A stretch of 59,822 bases of DNA, counting the filler. It is 4 parts of 4 records of this genome, joined end to end, with 100 filler letters (N's around TTAATTAATTAA, not from the genome) between each part and the next. Parts side by side here need not be neighbours in the genome. Positions count along the whole stretch, not along the records: positions 13,130 to 34,582 come from SRR22947727_2290; 3 more parts are not named here. One strand, given 5' to 3'. This document shows positions 17,966-27,201 of this stretch, piece after piece. Under the pieces are notes generated by a model. The model was not told the origin of the DNA. It did no database searches and worked only from the letters and a program-made list of their open reading frames with translations. Numbering within the stretch: the stretch's first letter is position 1; each line of letters begins with the position of its first letter. The position numbers and the translations under genes were made by a program.

Positions 17966-18721
17966 TTATGCATCTAATGTATTTTTATAGTCCGGTTGAC
18001 GTTTCTCCATAAAAGCAAGCATTCCCTCCGCAGCATCAGAATGAATAAATCTACTTTTTTGGTTAATGCCTTCTAATTCTAATGATTCTGAGAATGTGGT
18101 ATTTAAACCATTTTTGATTTGCTCTTTATTCATGCAAATAGAGATGAAACTTAAACTATCTAGTTTTTCGATTAGAGTATTTAATTCACTCTCTAACTGT
18201 GCAGAGTCGACAAGCTTGTAAAGCATATTTAAATCATTCATTGTTTGGCCATCAATTTCTTCAGTGGTCATCATTAATTCCTTAGCTTTTTGTACCCCAA
18301 TAATTCTTGGAAGCATCCACGAACCTGCAAAGTCTACGACTAACCCTCTTCTTGCAAAAACTTCAATGAATCTAGTATCCGGTGTTGCAATTATAAAATC
18401 TGACAGGAGTATCATATTCGAACCTGCTCCAGCACATATTCCATCTACTACAGAAATAACAGGTTTCTTACAATCCCACAAAGTCTGTGCTGCTGCGGAT
18501 ACATCGTCCATTAAAGCATTGAGGTTTTCACCAAGTTGAGCTCCAGATGAAAAATTACCATTTGAATGAGACAAGACCAGATACTTAAGATCGCTCTTAT
18601 CAAAAGAGATTATTTCCTTACGTAATTCGATCCAGTCATTTGCTGAAATAGAGTTTTTAGTTTTTGGATCATTGAACGTAAGAACTAGAGTATTTTCTTT
18701 ATTTGTCGATTCTAAAACCAT
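17966..18721 (-). CDS. Enoyl-CoA hydratase/isomerase family protein
   Basis: FSSGAQL, KPVISVVDGICAGAG, EGMLAFMEKRQP. Confidence 0.88.
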   Translation of the reverse strand: MVLESTNKENTLVLTFNDPKTKNSISANDWIELRKEIISFDKSDLKYLVLSHSNGNFSSGAQLGENLNALMDDVSAAAQTLWDCKKPVISVVDGICAGAGSNMILLSDFIIATPDTRFIEVFARRGLVVDFAGSWMLPRIIGVQKAKELMMTTEEIDGQTMNDLNMLYKLVDSAQLESELNTLIEKLDSLSFISICMNKEQIKNGLNTTFSESLELEGINQKSRFIHSDAAEGMLAFMEKRQPDYKNTLDA

Positions 18722-18758
18722 ATTCGAAGTTTAATAGAAATTAACTTAGAATGTAAGT

Positions 18759-18866
18759 ATGGGATTTGATCCAAATAGACCTTACAAAGCAAACAGAACA
18801 GATTATGTAAACATAGCTCTCTCTATAGTGCTTGCAGTTATTGCAATTATTTGGGCATTAAGTTAA
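18759..18866 (+). CDS. 35-aa single-TM small protein, probably leaderless (absent from ORF track)
   Basis: MGFDPNRPYKANRTDYVNIALSIVLAVIAIIWALS*; TAGAAT box ends 6 nt before the ATG. Confidence 0.6.
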   Translation: MGFDPNRPYKANRTDYVNIALSIVLAVIAIIWALS

Positions 18867-19434
18867 AAGAGCTCCTGTGGAGTTCTGTTAATCCATTTTT
18901 AAATATCGCATCTCTATGTTTCAAAGTTCCATAGCCCTTATTACTAGCAAAATCATACTCTGGATATTTATCTGAGATTTTAATCATATAATTATCTCTA
19001 CTCACTTTTGCAATAATACTTGCAAGTGCAATAGAGATACTTTTATCCTCTCCCCTAGTTAATGATTCGGCGTTACCTATATCAATATTGAAATGATCAA
19101 CATAAATTTTTTCAGAACCACTAATTAATTTATTTATAGATTCTGAAAGCACAACCTCATTTGCTTTCTGTATACCGTATTTATCTATTTGATTGTTGTC
19201 ACATATTGAAATGGCATACATAATATCTGTATCTTTTATCTGGTTAAAGATTACGTTTCTTTTTTTGGGACTAAGTTTTTTTGAATCTTTTACTTCTGAA
19301 AGATGTTTGGAATCTTTCTGATTAATTTTGACTGCACATCCAACGATAGGTCCAGCAAAACAACCTCTGCCGACTTCATCAGCACCTATTACATACTGAT
19401 TCGGGTTTTGTTCCCAAATAGTATGTTCAATCAT
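18847..19434 (-). CDS. rnhB: Ribonuclease HII
   Basis: GADEVGRG, DSKKLS, IALASIIAKVSRD, NKGYGT. Confidence 0.94.
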   Translation of the reverse strand: MIEHTIWEQNPNQYVIGADEVGRGCFAGPIVGCAVKINQKDSKHLSEVKDSKKLSPKKRNVIFNQIKDTDIMYAISICDNNQIDKYGIQKANEVVLSESINKLISGSEKIYVDHFNIDIGNAESLTRGEDKSISIALASIIAKVSRDNYMIKISDKYPEYDFASNKGYGTLKHRDAIFKNGLTELHRSSFNLMPK

Positions 19435-20005
19435 ATAGATTTGAGAAATTGCTGAATGGATATACGATATAAAATGCTTTTCCTAATAAATTTTCAATTG
19501 GCACATATCCAAAAACTCTTGAGTCCTGACTGTTGCTTCTGTTATCGCCAAGTAGAAAATATTGATTATCCGGCACTGAATAGTTAGAGATTGAACTGTA
19601 GGTTTCGTTTATAAGACCATTAAAGATAAGTAAGTTATCATTTCTGTAAATATCCCCATCCTTATCAATTCTTATGTTATCTCCTGGCAAACCAATTATT
19701 CTTTTAATATAGACTATTTCATTTTGACCGTTGAATAAACTATCCCACACTTGCAAAGAATCTATAAGCTTTTCTGTCTCTGAATTATTTGAATGTGTTT
19801 CTGGATGGTAGAAAACTACAACATCTCCAACTTTATAGTCAATATCCAAAATGTCATCCTTTACAACAATAACTCTGTCAGAAACAGAAATTGTAGGGGT
19901 CATCGATTCGGATGGAATAACATATAATTGAAAAAAATATGTCCTTACTAGGGTAGCTAGTAATAGTGCTACAACGAGTGTTACTAAATTCTTAAAGATT
20001 TTTAT
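19427..20005 (-). CDS. lepB: Signal peptidase I (probable non-AUG start)
   Basis: Frame extends upstream of the ATG at 19903 to encode a TM helix and IPSESM (catalytic Ser). Also YIKRIIGLPGD and GDNRSNSQDSR. Confidence 0.9.
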   Translation of the reverse strand: MKIFKNLVTLVVALLLATLVRTYFFQLYVIPSESMTPTISVSDRVIVVKDDILDIDYKVGDVVVFYHPETHSNNSETEKLIDSLQVWDSLFNGQNEIVYIKRIIGLPGDNIRIDKDGDIYRNDNLLIFNGLINETYSSISNYSVPDNQYFLLGDNRSNSQDSRVFGYVPIENLLGKAFYIVYPFSNFSNLYD

Positions 20006-20025
20006 GATATTCTAATATTAATAAG

Positions 20026-20370
20026 TTATGAACGATCTTCTTTAATTTTTGCAGATTTACCGACTCTGTCTCTTAAGTAATAGAGTTTAGATCTTCGAAC
20101 TTTACCTTTTCTTGTTACTTCAATGGAATCAACAATAGGAGCATGTACAGGAAATATTCTCTCGACACCAACTCCAAAAGATAGTTTCCGAACTGTTATA
20201 GTTTTGTTTATCGCAACACCATTGGTTGCAATAATTACACCTTCGAAAGTCTGGATTCTCTCACGGTTTCCTTCTGAAACTTTTACATTTACTTTAACGG
20301 AATCGCCTGCTTTGTAGGAAGGTAACTCTTCTTTTAGGTTTGACTTTTCTATTTCTTCAATTAAATTCAT
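20026..20370 (-). CDS. rplS: 50S ribosomal protein L19
   Basis: [28 protein letters not shown]. Confidence 0.98.
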   Translation of the reverse strand: MNLIEEIEKSNLKEELPSYKAGDSVKVNVKVSEGNRERIQTFEGVIIATNGVAINKTITVRKLSFGVGVERIFPVHAPIVDSIEVTRKGKVRRSKLYYLRDRVGKSAKIKEDRS

Positions 20371-20407
20371 AACTTCTCCAGTAGAGGATTATATAAGTTA
20401 TTTTGCT

Positions 20408-21046
20408 TTATATGTCCCTTAAATTATTCTTTTTCCACTCTTCAATTTTTTTATGATTTCCGGACAAGAGAACCTCTGGTACTTCCATATTTTTATAAAT
20501 CTCTGGCCTTGTGTATACAGGATGATCTAGTTTTCCATCTGTAAAAGACTCAGTTAGTAATGATTCTGAATTACCAAGTGCTCCAGGTATTTTTCTTATC
20601 ATCGCTTCTAAAAGAAACATAGCAGGAACTTCTCCACCAGATACTACTGTTTTACCTACAGAAATTTGATAATCAGAGTGGATATCAATAATTCTTTGAT
20701 CAAAACCTTCATATCGTCCACAAATAATATTCGCTGATTTAAATGTATGAAGTTCTTCAATTAACGGTTCGTCGAGTTGTTTTCCTGATGGGGTTAAAAA
20801 AATATTGATATCTGAAGTTACAGAAGATATTGCATTATCTAAAGGTTCTGGCATTAAGACCATACCTGGTCCTCCTCCATATGGAGCATCGTCGACTTGC
20901 CGATAGTCACCCAATCCATACTCTCTTAAATCAGTTGTGGAGATGTTAAATAAATCATTATCATGTGCTTTCGATATGATTCCTGTTTCTAACCATGCTT
21001 CAATTAAATTGGGAAATAAAGTAACGATATTATATTTTGATAACAT
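20408..21046 (-). CDS. trmD: tRNA (guanine37-N1)-methyltransferase
   Basis: VDDAPYGGGPGM, CGRYEGFDQR, SGGE, VPEVLLSGNH. Confidence 0.96.
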   Translation of the reverse strand: MLSKYNIVTLFPNLIEAWLETGIISKAHDNDLFNISTTDLREYGLGDYRQVDDAPYGGGPGMVLMPEPLDNAISSVTSDINIFLTPSGKQLDEPLIEELHTFKSANIICGRYEGFDQRIIDIHSDYQISVGKTVVSGGEVPAMFLLEAMIRKIPGALGNSESLLTESFTDGKLDHPVYTRPEIYKNMEVPEVLLSGNHKKIEEWKKNNLRDI

Positions 21047-22880
21047 TTTCAGAACTCACATCTTCAAGATTTTTAAATGAAGTGTAAAGTGTATTTCTTA
21101 AGTAAGGTATTTTATCAGCATCTTTTATAAGATTTATAAATTCTGAATCAGTAGTTTCTTGTCCGTGATTAGCACCAGAAGCTCTGCTTATATTTTCATT
21201 TATTAATGTTCCGCCTAAATCATTTACACCTGACCTAAGCAAAACTTTTGCACCATCATGTCCAAGTTTTACCCAACTGGCTTGGATATTGTCTACTGTG
21301 TTATAAAAATAGATTCTGGCAAGCGCATGCATAAGTACAATTTCATCCCAAGTAGGACCTGGCATGCTTTTTCCTTGGAGGAAGATTGGAGACCCCATAT
21401 GGACAAACGGAAGTGGGACAATTTCTGTAAATCCTTGTGTTTTGATTTGTATGCTTTTTATTAATTTAAAATGATTAACCCATGATTCTAAATCATCAAT
21501 ATGTCCAAACATAATTGTTGCCGTAGACTTAATTCCCAATGAGTGAGCCACTTCCATTACATACCCCCACTGAGAAGAGGTAATCTTATCATCACATAAG
21601 AACTTTCTAATCCTGTCATCAAGTATCTCTGCTGCTGTTCCAGGAAGGGTTCCAAGCCCTGCTTTTTTAAGTTCTGTTAAATATGTTTCGATAGATTTAT
21701 TAACCGTACTTGCACCTTGCCATATCTCTAGAGGGGTAAAACCGTGAATATGCATATCTGGTAACTCATCTTTAATTTTTTTGACTAAATCAATATAAAA
21801 ATCCCCGGTGTAGCTTGGATGAATTCCGCCCTGTAAGCAGACTTCAGATGCTCCAGTTTGGTGAGCTTCTATAGTTCGTTGTAAAACTTCCTCAGGAGTT
21901 AAAGTGTATGGCTTTTCTTTGAGGTCTAAACTTTGAGGACCTTTTGAGAAACCACAGAATCCACACTTGTAGTAACACTGATTTGTATAGTTAATGTTTC
22001 GATTTTTCACAAAAGTGACTTTATTGCCGTGAACACTTCTTGTTAAATTATCAGCAATTTCCACAACTCTATTCACATATTTTCCAGATGTTTTAAAGAG
22101 TTCTAAAAGATCACTTTCGCTTAATGTTTTAGTTTTGTCGAAATTATCTAAAATCTTTTCAAAATTAGAAGTTTTATAATCAGATAAACTTTCAGAGGAA
22201 AAGTTTACTAATTTTGGGATTGGTACTCCGCTACCAGGATACCATTTTGTGGTTTCTCTCTTGTAACCTCGTACATTTCTTGTTTGTAAATAATTTGTAA
22301 ACTCTGTTTTTTCTAGATTCGATCGGGCCTCATTGACATCAAATAACGGTGATAATAATGTTCTCTCATATACTGGTTCTTCTGTCTTGCCCTGTAATTC
22401 AAATATCTGGTCTTTGCTCCAGTCTCGTAGAAATAAATCATCGATTCCATTTTCAATAGCTTCTTTAGCGTCATCCACAGAGTTCGCATAAATCGAGATA
22501 TTGAAATAGGTAGCGCCGTTTATAGATTGTAAAAAAGCAACGTCACTTATGTCCTCTATTAATATTGTTGAAGGCTTGTTTCTAGAGATTATCTCTAGTC
22601 CATTTTCTTTATTACCTTTGTATCTATAAATAAGTCTTTTTGAATTGTGGGTTATTTTAGAAGTAACATTTTCATCAGTAATAAACCATGCTGACGAACT
22701 TATTGAAAGATCTGAAGCTACAGTTTGAAATCCTTTAATTAAAAGATTCTCATAATTAACGGGGATTTCACTTTTTAATGTAAAAGTTGAGGTACCTTCT
22801 TTTGCTCTTGAGTTTAAGTATATTTCATTATCACTATCACATGGACGTATTCTTAAATATGAGATATTTTTATCTATCAT
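21030..22880 (-). CDS. cofH: FO synthase subunit CofH with N-terminal extension
   Basis: NRNINYTNQCYYKCGFC radical-SAM motif, EVCLQGG, PGTAAEIL, NIQASWVKLG, NDLGGTL. Confidence 0.88.
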   Translation of the reverse strand: MIDKNISYLRIRPCDSDNEIYLNSRAKEGTSTFTLKSEIPVNYENLLIKGFQTVASDLSISSSAWFITDENVTSKITHNSKRLIYRYKGNKENGLEIISRNKPSTILIEDISDVAFLQSINGATYFNISIYANSVDDAKEAIENGIDDLFLRDWSKDQIFELQGKTEEPVYERTLLSPLFDVNEARSNLEKTEFTNYLQTRNVRGYKRETTKWYPGSGVPIPKLVNFSSESLSDYKTSNFEKILDNFDKTKTLSESDLLELFKTSGKYVNRVVEIADNLTRSVHGNKVTFVKNRNINYTNQCYYKCGFCGFSKGPQSLDLKEKPYTLTPEEVLQRTIEAHQTGASEVCLQGGIHPSYTGDFYIDLVKKIKDELPDMHIHGFTPLEIWQGASTVNKSIETYLTELKKAGLGTLPGTAAEILDDRIRKFLCDDKITSSQWGYVMEVAHSLGIKSTATIMFGHIDDLESWVNHFKLIKSIQIKTQGFTEIVPLPFVHMGSPIFLQGKSMPGPTWDEIVLMHALARIYFYNTVDNIQASWVKLGHDGAKVLLRSGVNDLGGTLINENISRASGANHGQETTDSEFINLIKDADKIPYLRNTLYTSFKNLEDVSSENVIKI

Positions 22881-23992
22881 TGCTTTGGATACCCATCTTC
22901 ATCAATAACATTACTAACTTTTTCTAAAACTGGTGGACTTAACCATTCATTATTTATGAAATTTGGATAAACCGGTAATCTTTTAATTAAAGTTTGGCCA
23001 CTTACTTGAGATAGTTTCTCTAGGTTCTCAATATCTGGCCAAAGATGGTCGGGATTAACCCAATCAATAGTTTTAGGAGATATGCCACCTAAATCATTTA
23101 TACCACTCGTAAGATACATTTCTATATCTGGTGATAGATTTGGAGGTACCTGTAGTGATATTTGTGTTGGGAGTAAAATCCTTACAGTTGCGATAATTCT
23201 TAGAAACAAATCATTAATTACCTCCGCATTATTTCTCATCAATGTGTTTTGTTTAGCTCTAAAATTCTGAAGTATTATTTCCTGAATTGCGGCATTTTCT
23301 TTACATGTATTAACTAATTGGACAATATCTTCAATTAATTCGTTTTTAGTTTCTGTAATTCCAATCAGTAAACCTGTTGTCATGGGGTATCTCATTTCCT
23401 GTGCGTTATTGAGCGTTTTTATTCTCAGGTCGATTTGCTTAGTATTTGCTTTGTAATGTGCTCTCCCCTTTTCTAATAATTTAGGTGAATAGCTCTCTAG
23501 CATTAAGCCTCCTGATGGAGAATATTTTTTATAGTTAGAAATCTCATCCGATGTCATAAGTCCTGGATTTGCATGTGGGAATATATTGTATCTTTCGTGA
23601 ATCCTTTTCATATTTTCGGTTAAATATTCGTTTGTAGTTGTGAAACCAAAGTTATTTAACTGCTGTTTTGCGAAATCCCATTTAACTTCAGGCTTATCCC
23701 CTAATGTGAATAACGCCTCAAAACATCCTGAAGATTCTCCTACGGATGCTATTGATTCAACTTCTTCATAACTGAGATATGTTCCACCTTCTTTTGGTGA
23801 TTTAACAAATGTGCAGTATGCACATGAATCTTGGCATAATGTTGTAAGGGGTATAAAAACTTTAGGACTATATGTTATTTTATCTCCAAAATTTACTTTT
23901 TTTATCTCAAAAGCTTCTGACGTCAAATCAGAGGTAGGGGTAGCTCCAAATAAATAATTTTCGACTTTTTCTTTTAACATTCCTAATAACAC
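22877..23992 (-). CDS. cofG: FO synthase subunit CofG
   Basis: ITYSPKVFIPLTTLCQDSCAYC, PHANPG, QVPPNL, GINDLGGISP..DWVNP. Confidence 0.92.
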   Translation of the reverse strand: MLLGMLKEKVENYLFGATPTSDLTSEAFEIKKVNFGDKITYSPKVFIPLTTLCQDSCAYCTFVKSPKEGGTYLSYEEVESIASVGESSGCFEALFTLGDKPEVKWDFAKQQLNNFGFTTTNEYLTENMKRIHERYNIFPHANPGLMTSDEISNYKKYSPSGGLMLESYSPKLLEKGRAHYKANTKQIDLRIKTLNNAQEMRYPMTTGLLIGITETKNELIEDIVQLVNTCKENAAIQEIILQNFRAKQNTLMRNNAEVINDLFLRIIATVRILLPTQISLQVPPNLSPDIEMYLTSGINDLGGISPKTIDWVNPDHLWPDIENLEKLSQVSGQTLIKRLPVYPNFINNEWLSPPVLEKVSNVIDEDGYPKQ

Positions 23993-24077
23993 TTTAGAGT
24001 TAACAAATATTTAATAAATTTAACACAATTTACGTGCTGAATCCTTTATGATTATGATTTGATTGTAAGAGGTATTA

Positions 24078-25091
24078 ATGAACATTTCGATTTTAGGCTT
24101 TGGGCGAATAGGTAGAGACCTTCTTCGACAAACTCTCAATAATGACTTAATAAATATAGTTTCGATCTCTGATATTGCAGACAAAGAAAATCTTCTTTAT
24201 TTACTAAAGTATGACACTATATACGGAAAGCTTGATGCAGAAATTGAAAATACTGAAACAGGTTTCAAAGTAAATGGTAAAGAAATCCTTTTCAATAACT
24301 GGAAAGATGCATCTGAAGCTTCATGGGAAGATGTACAAACCGATATATTAATCATATCTACCGGAAGACAACAAGATATTGATGAAGTAAATGAGCACCT
24401 AGAAAAAGGGTGTAAACGCGTATTAATTGCATCAACGCCTAAACCTGGAAGCGATATTCAAATATATGTTCCTGGTGCCAATGATTCAGAGGTTGACTTT
24501 TCAGATAAGAAAATTTCACTGGGTTCAAATACAGCAAATGCTGTATCTCCTCTACTCAAAATTTTGAATGAGAGTTTTAATGTAGAAAGGGCATTTTTAA
24601 CAACTGTTCATGGCTACTCAAACTCAAACCGTTTAGCAGATGTCGCTGGAGAGGGGTTCAGGTTAAATAGAGCAGCTGGAGAAAATATTATTCCTAGTAT
24701 TACAAAATCTTCTGAAGTAATTGAAACTGTTTTACCATTTATGAAGGATAAAGTTGCTTCATCTTCCATGACGGTTCCAGTCCCTGATGGAAGTACTGTT
24801 GATTTAACTATTGATATTAGCAAACCAGCTACCGCAGATGAAGTTAATGAAGTAATCTCAAAAGCAGTTAAATACCTACCGTATAACAAAGTTCTAGATA
24901 TTACATTTGACCCAATAGTCTCATCTGATGTTGTTGGCAACTCGCATTCAGGCATCATTGATGGATTAGCAACTATGGAAATAAACAAAAATAAAATTAA
25001 ACTACTCGTGTGGTTTGATAACGGATGGGGTTACAGCGCGAGAATAATTGATACAATAAACAAACTCGCAGAAAGTAGTACAAATGAATAA
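24078..25091 (+). CDS. GAPDH-like protein lacking catalytic Cys (pseudo-enzyme)
   Basis: Full GAPDH fold (GFGRIGR, LLKYDTIYG, VPVPDGS, WFDNGWGYS) but SLGSNTANA replaces SNASCTTNC. Confidence 0.88.
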   Translation: MNISILGFGRIGRDLLRQTLNNDLINIVSISDIADKENLLYLLKYDTIYGKLDAEIENTETGFKVNGKEILFNNWKDASEASWEDVQTDILIISTGRQQDIDEVNEHLEKGCKRVLIASTPKPGSDIQIYVPGANDSEVDFSDKKISLGSNTANAVSPLLKILNESFNVERAFLTTVHGYSNSNRLADVAGEGFRLNRAAGENIIPSITKSSEVIETVLPFMKDKVASSSMTVPVPDGSTVDLTIDISKPATADEVNEVISKAVKYLPYNKVLDITFDPIVSSDVVGNSHSGIIDGLATMEINKNKIKLLVWFDNGWGYSARIIDTINKLAESSTNE

Positions 25092-26088
25092 CATCGCAAT
25101 AAATGGTTTCGGCAGGATTGGAAGATCTATTCTTAGGATAATTATTGAAAGTAATTCTGATCTAAACGTAGTTGCTATCAACGACCTTGGAAATTATGAA
25201 AACCTTTCATACCTTTTAAAGCATGACTCAGTTATGGGTGTATTAAATCATGAAGTAAAGCTTGATGGTGACATATTAAAAATAGATGAAAGAGAGATAA
25301 AATTAGTTTCCGTAGCAGATCCTTCCCAGCTGCCGTGGAGTGAATTAAACGTAGATATTGTTATTGAATCAACTGGAATCTTTGCAGATAGACAATCACT
25401 CGAAAAGCACATAACAGCTGGTGCAAAAAAAGTCGTGTTAACAGTACCACCAAAAGACGCTATAGATGCAACTGTTGTACTTGGTGTAAATGATGAAGAT
25501 ATTACAGATGAATCTCAATTAATTTCCAATGCTTCGTGTACAACTAATTGTTTAGCCCCTATTGCAAAAGTCTTAAATGATAATTTTGGTATAAAATCGG
25601 GTTTGATGACAACTATCCATGCATATACAAATGATCAAGCGTTAGCAGAAACTACACATAAAGATTTTAGAAGAGGAAGAAGTGCTACACAAAATATCAT
25701 TCCTACATCAACCGGGGCAGCAAAAGCTGTTGGTATGGTTCTTCCTGAATTAAATGGTAAATTAGACGGTATGGCCATGAGAGTTCCTGTTCCAGATGGC
25801 AGTGTGGTTGATTTAGTTGTAGAACTTGAAAAAAATGTTTCAATTGAAGATGTCAATAATGCTGTTAAAAAAGCTTCGGAGAATGAGCTTAAAGGAATAC
25901 TTGAATACTCTTCTGTTCCGTTAGTTTCTACTGATATTCTTCAAAATCCACACTCAAGTATTTATGATGCATCATCAACACAGCTTTTAGATGGCAATCA
26001 TATAAAAGTTGTATGTTGGTACGACAATGAGTGGGGTTACTCAAACAGAATAGTTGACCTTGTTAATATGCTTGTGAGTAAAAAGTAA
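25084..26088 (+). CDS. gap: Glyceraldehyde-3-phosphate dehydrogenase, type I
   Basis: INGFGRIGR, SNASCTTNCLAP, TTIHAYT, WYDNEWGYS. Confidence 0.97.
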   Translation: MNNIAINGFGRIGRSILRIIIESNSDLNVVAINDLGNYENLSYLLKHDSVMGVLNHEVKLDGDILKIDEREIKLVSVADPSQLPWSELNVDIVIESTGIFADRQSLEKHITAGAKKVVLTVPPKDAIDATVVLGVNDEDITDESQLISNASCTTNCLAPIAKVLNDNFGIKSGLMTTIHAYTNDQALAETTHKDFRRGRSATQNIIPTSTGAAKAVGMVLPELNGKLDGMAMRVPVPDGSVVDLVVELEKNVSIEDVNNAVKKASENELKGILEYSSVPLVSTDILQNPHSSIYDASSTQLLDGNHIKVVCWYDNEWGYSNRIVDLVNMLVSKK

Positions 26089-26090
26089 AA

Positions 26091-26504
26091 ATGGATTTAC
26101 CAAATCCTCCGCAAGCAGTTGGTAATTATATAACGGTAAAAAGAGCAGGAAATCTAATTTATACATCTGGTCATATACCAATAACCGAATCTATTAAATT
26201 TACAGGAAAAGTTCCGAGTGAAGTAAGCGTTGAAGAAGCCTATAAAGCAGCGGCTTTATGTGCGGAGCTAACTTTATCTACATTAAGTACAGCTTATGAT
26301 TTGAATTCACTAACTCCCCTCAATGTTGTCGGTTTTGTAAATTCAGATCCTTCTTTCACTGATCATGCTGGTGTCCTAAATGGTTTTACAGACAAATTAT
26401 CAGAAATCTACGATGAAAAAGCTACTCGATCTGCAGTTGGAGTAGCAAGCTTACCGTTAAATGTAAGTGTTGAGGTACAGACTATTTTTATGTTAAATGG
26501 GTAA
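26091..26504 (+). CDS. RidA/YjgF family protein
   Basis: PQAVGNY, YTSGHIP, TRSAVGVASLP..VSVEV (catalytic Arg retained). Confidence 0.85.
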   Translation: MDLPNPPQAVGNYITVKRAGNLIYTSGHIPITESIKFTGKVPSEVSVEEAYKAAALCAELTLSTLSTAYDLNSLTPLNVVGFVNSDPSFTDHAGVLNGFTDKLSEIYDEKATRSAVGVASLPLNVSVEVQTIFMLNG

Positions 26505-27201
26505 ATTAGTAGCAATCTCAACAGGGACTCAAAGTGTAACAATGTCCCCAGGTGAAATAGAATGTTCAGTGTTGAACATGGCATTTGTCACCCTATGTAA
26601 TAAATATGGTGCCGAAGCCATAATTGTACCTCCACAGGACTTATCTGTAGATTTTACAAATGCAAGCTTTGATCGCTTAATCATTACCGGTGGTGGAGAT
26701 ATAAATCCTAAGCGATATGGACAAGATTTAAATGATAAAACTGAAAGGGTTTCAGATGAAAGAGATCAGACCGAACTTAATCTTCTTCAACTAGCTGAAG
26801 ATAATTTTATAAAAACATTGGCTATTTGTAGAGGCCACCAATTGCTGAATGTATACAAAGGTGGGTCCCTACATCAGGATATTAGTGAAAGTTTTGAGAC
26901 AGATATAGAGCATCTACAAATTAACGAAGCTGCTTCAAAACACATACACAATGTCAACATATTAGAAGATACTACTTTAAATAAAGTCTCAGAAAAGAAC
27001 TTGGTTGCTGTGAACAGTATTCATCATCAAGTAGTTAACGAACTTGGAGAAAATCTAAAAATTAATGCTATTTCGGAAGATAATTTAATTGAAGGTATAG
27101 AAGGTACAACCGATTGGGAAGTCATTGGAATACAATGGCATCCAGAAAACTTGCTTGATGACGAAATAACTAATGATTTAATGAAATGGCTATTGAACTA
27201 A
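26497..27201 (+). CDS. Gamma-glutamyl-gamma-aminobutyrate hydrolase family (peptidase C26)
   Basis: TGGGDINP, AICRGHQ, VNSIHHQ, GIQWHPE. Confidence 0.88.
   Translation: MGKLVAISTGTQSVTMSPGEIECSVLNMAFVTLCNKYGAEAIIVPPQDLSVDFTNASFDRLIITGGGDINPKRYGQDLNDKTERVSDERDQTELNLLQLAEDNFIKTLAICRGHQLLNVYKGGSLHQDISESFETDIEHLQINEAASKHIHNVNILEDTTLNKVSEKNLVAVNSIHHQVVNELGENLKINAISEDNLIEGIEGTTDWEVIGIQWHPENLLDDEITNDLMKWLLN

Noticed and set aside
24078-25091. First gap copy as erythrose-4-phosphate dehydrogenase (epd) or a decayed pseudogene
   Set aside because: Epd also needs the catalytic Cys. The ORF is intact, full-length, has an SD (GAGG) and keeps structural motifs.
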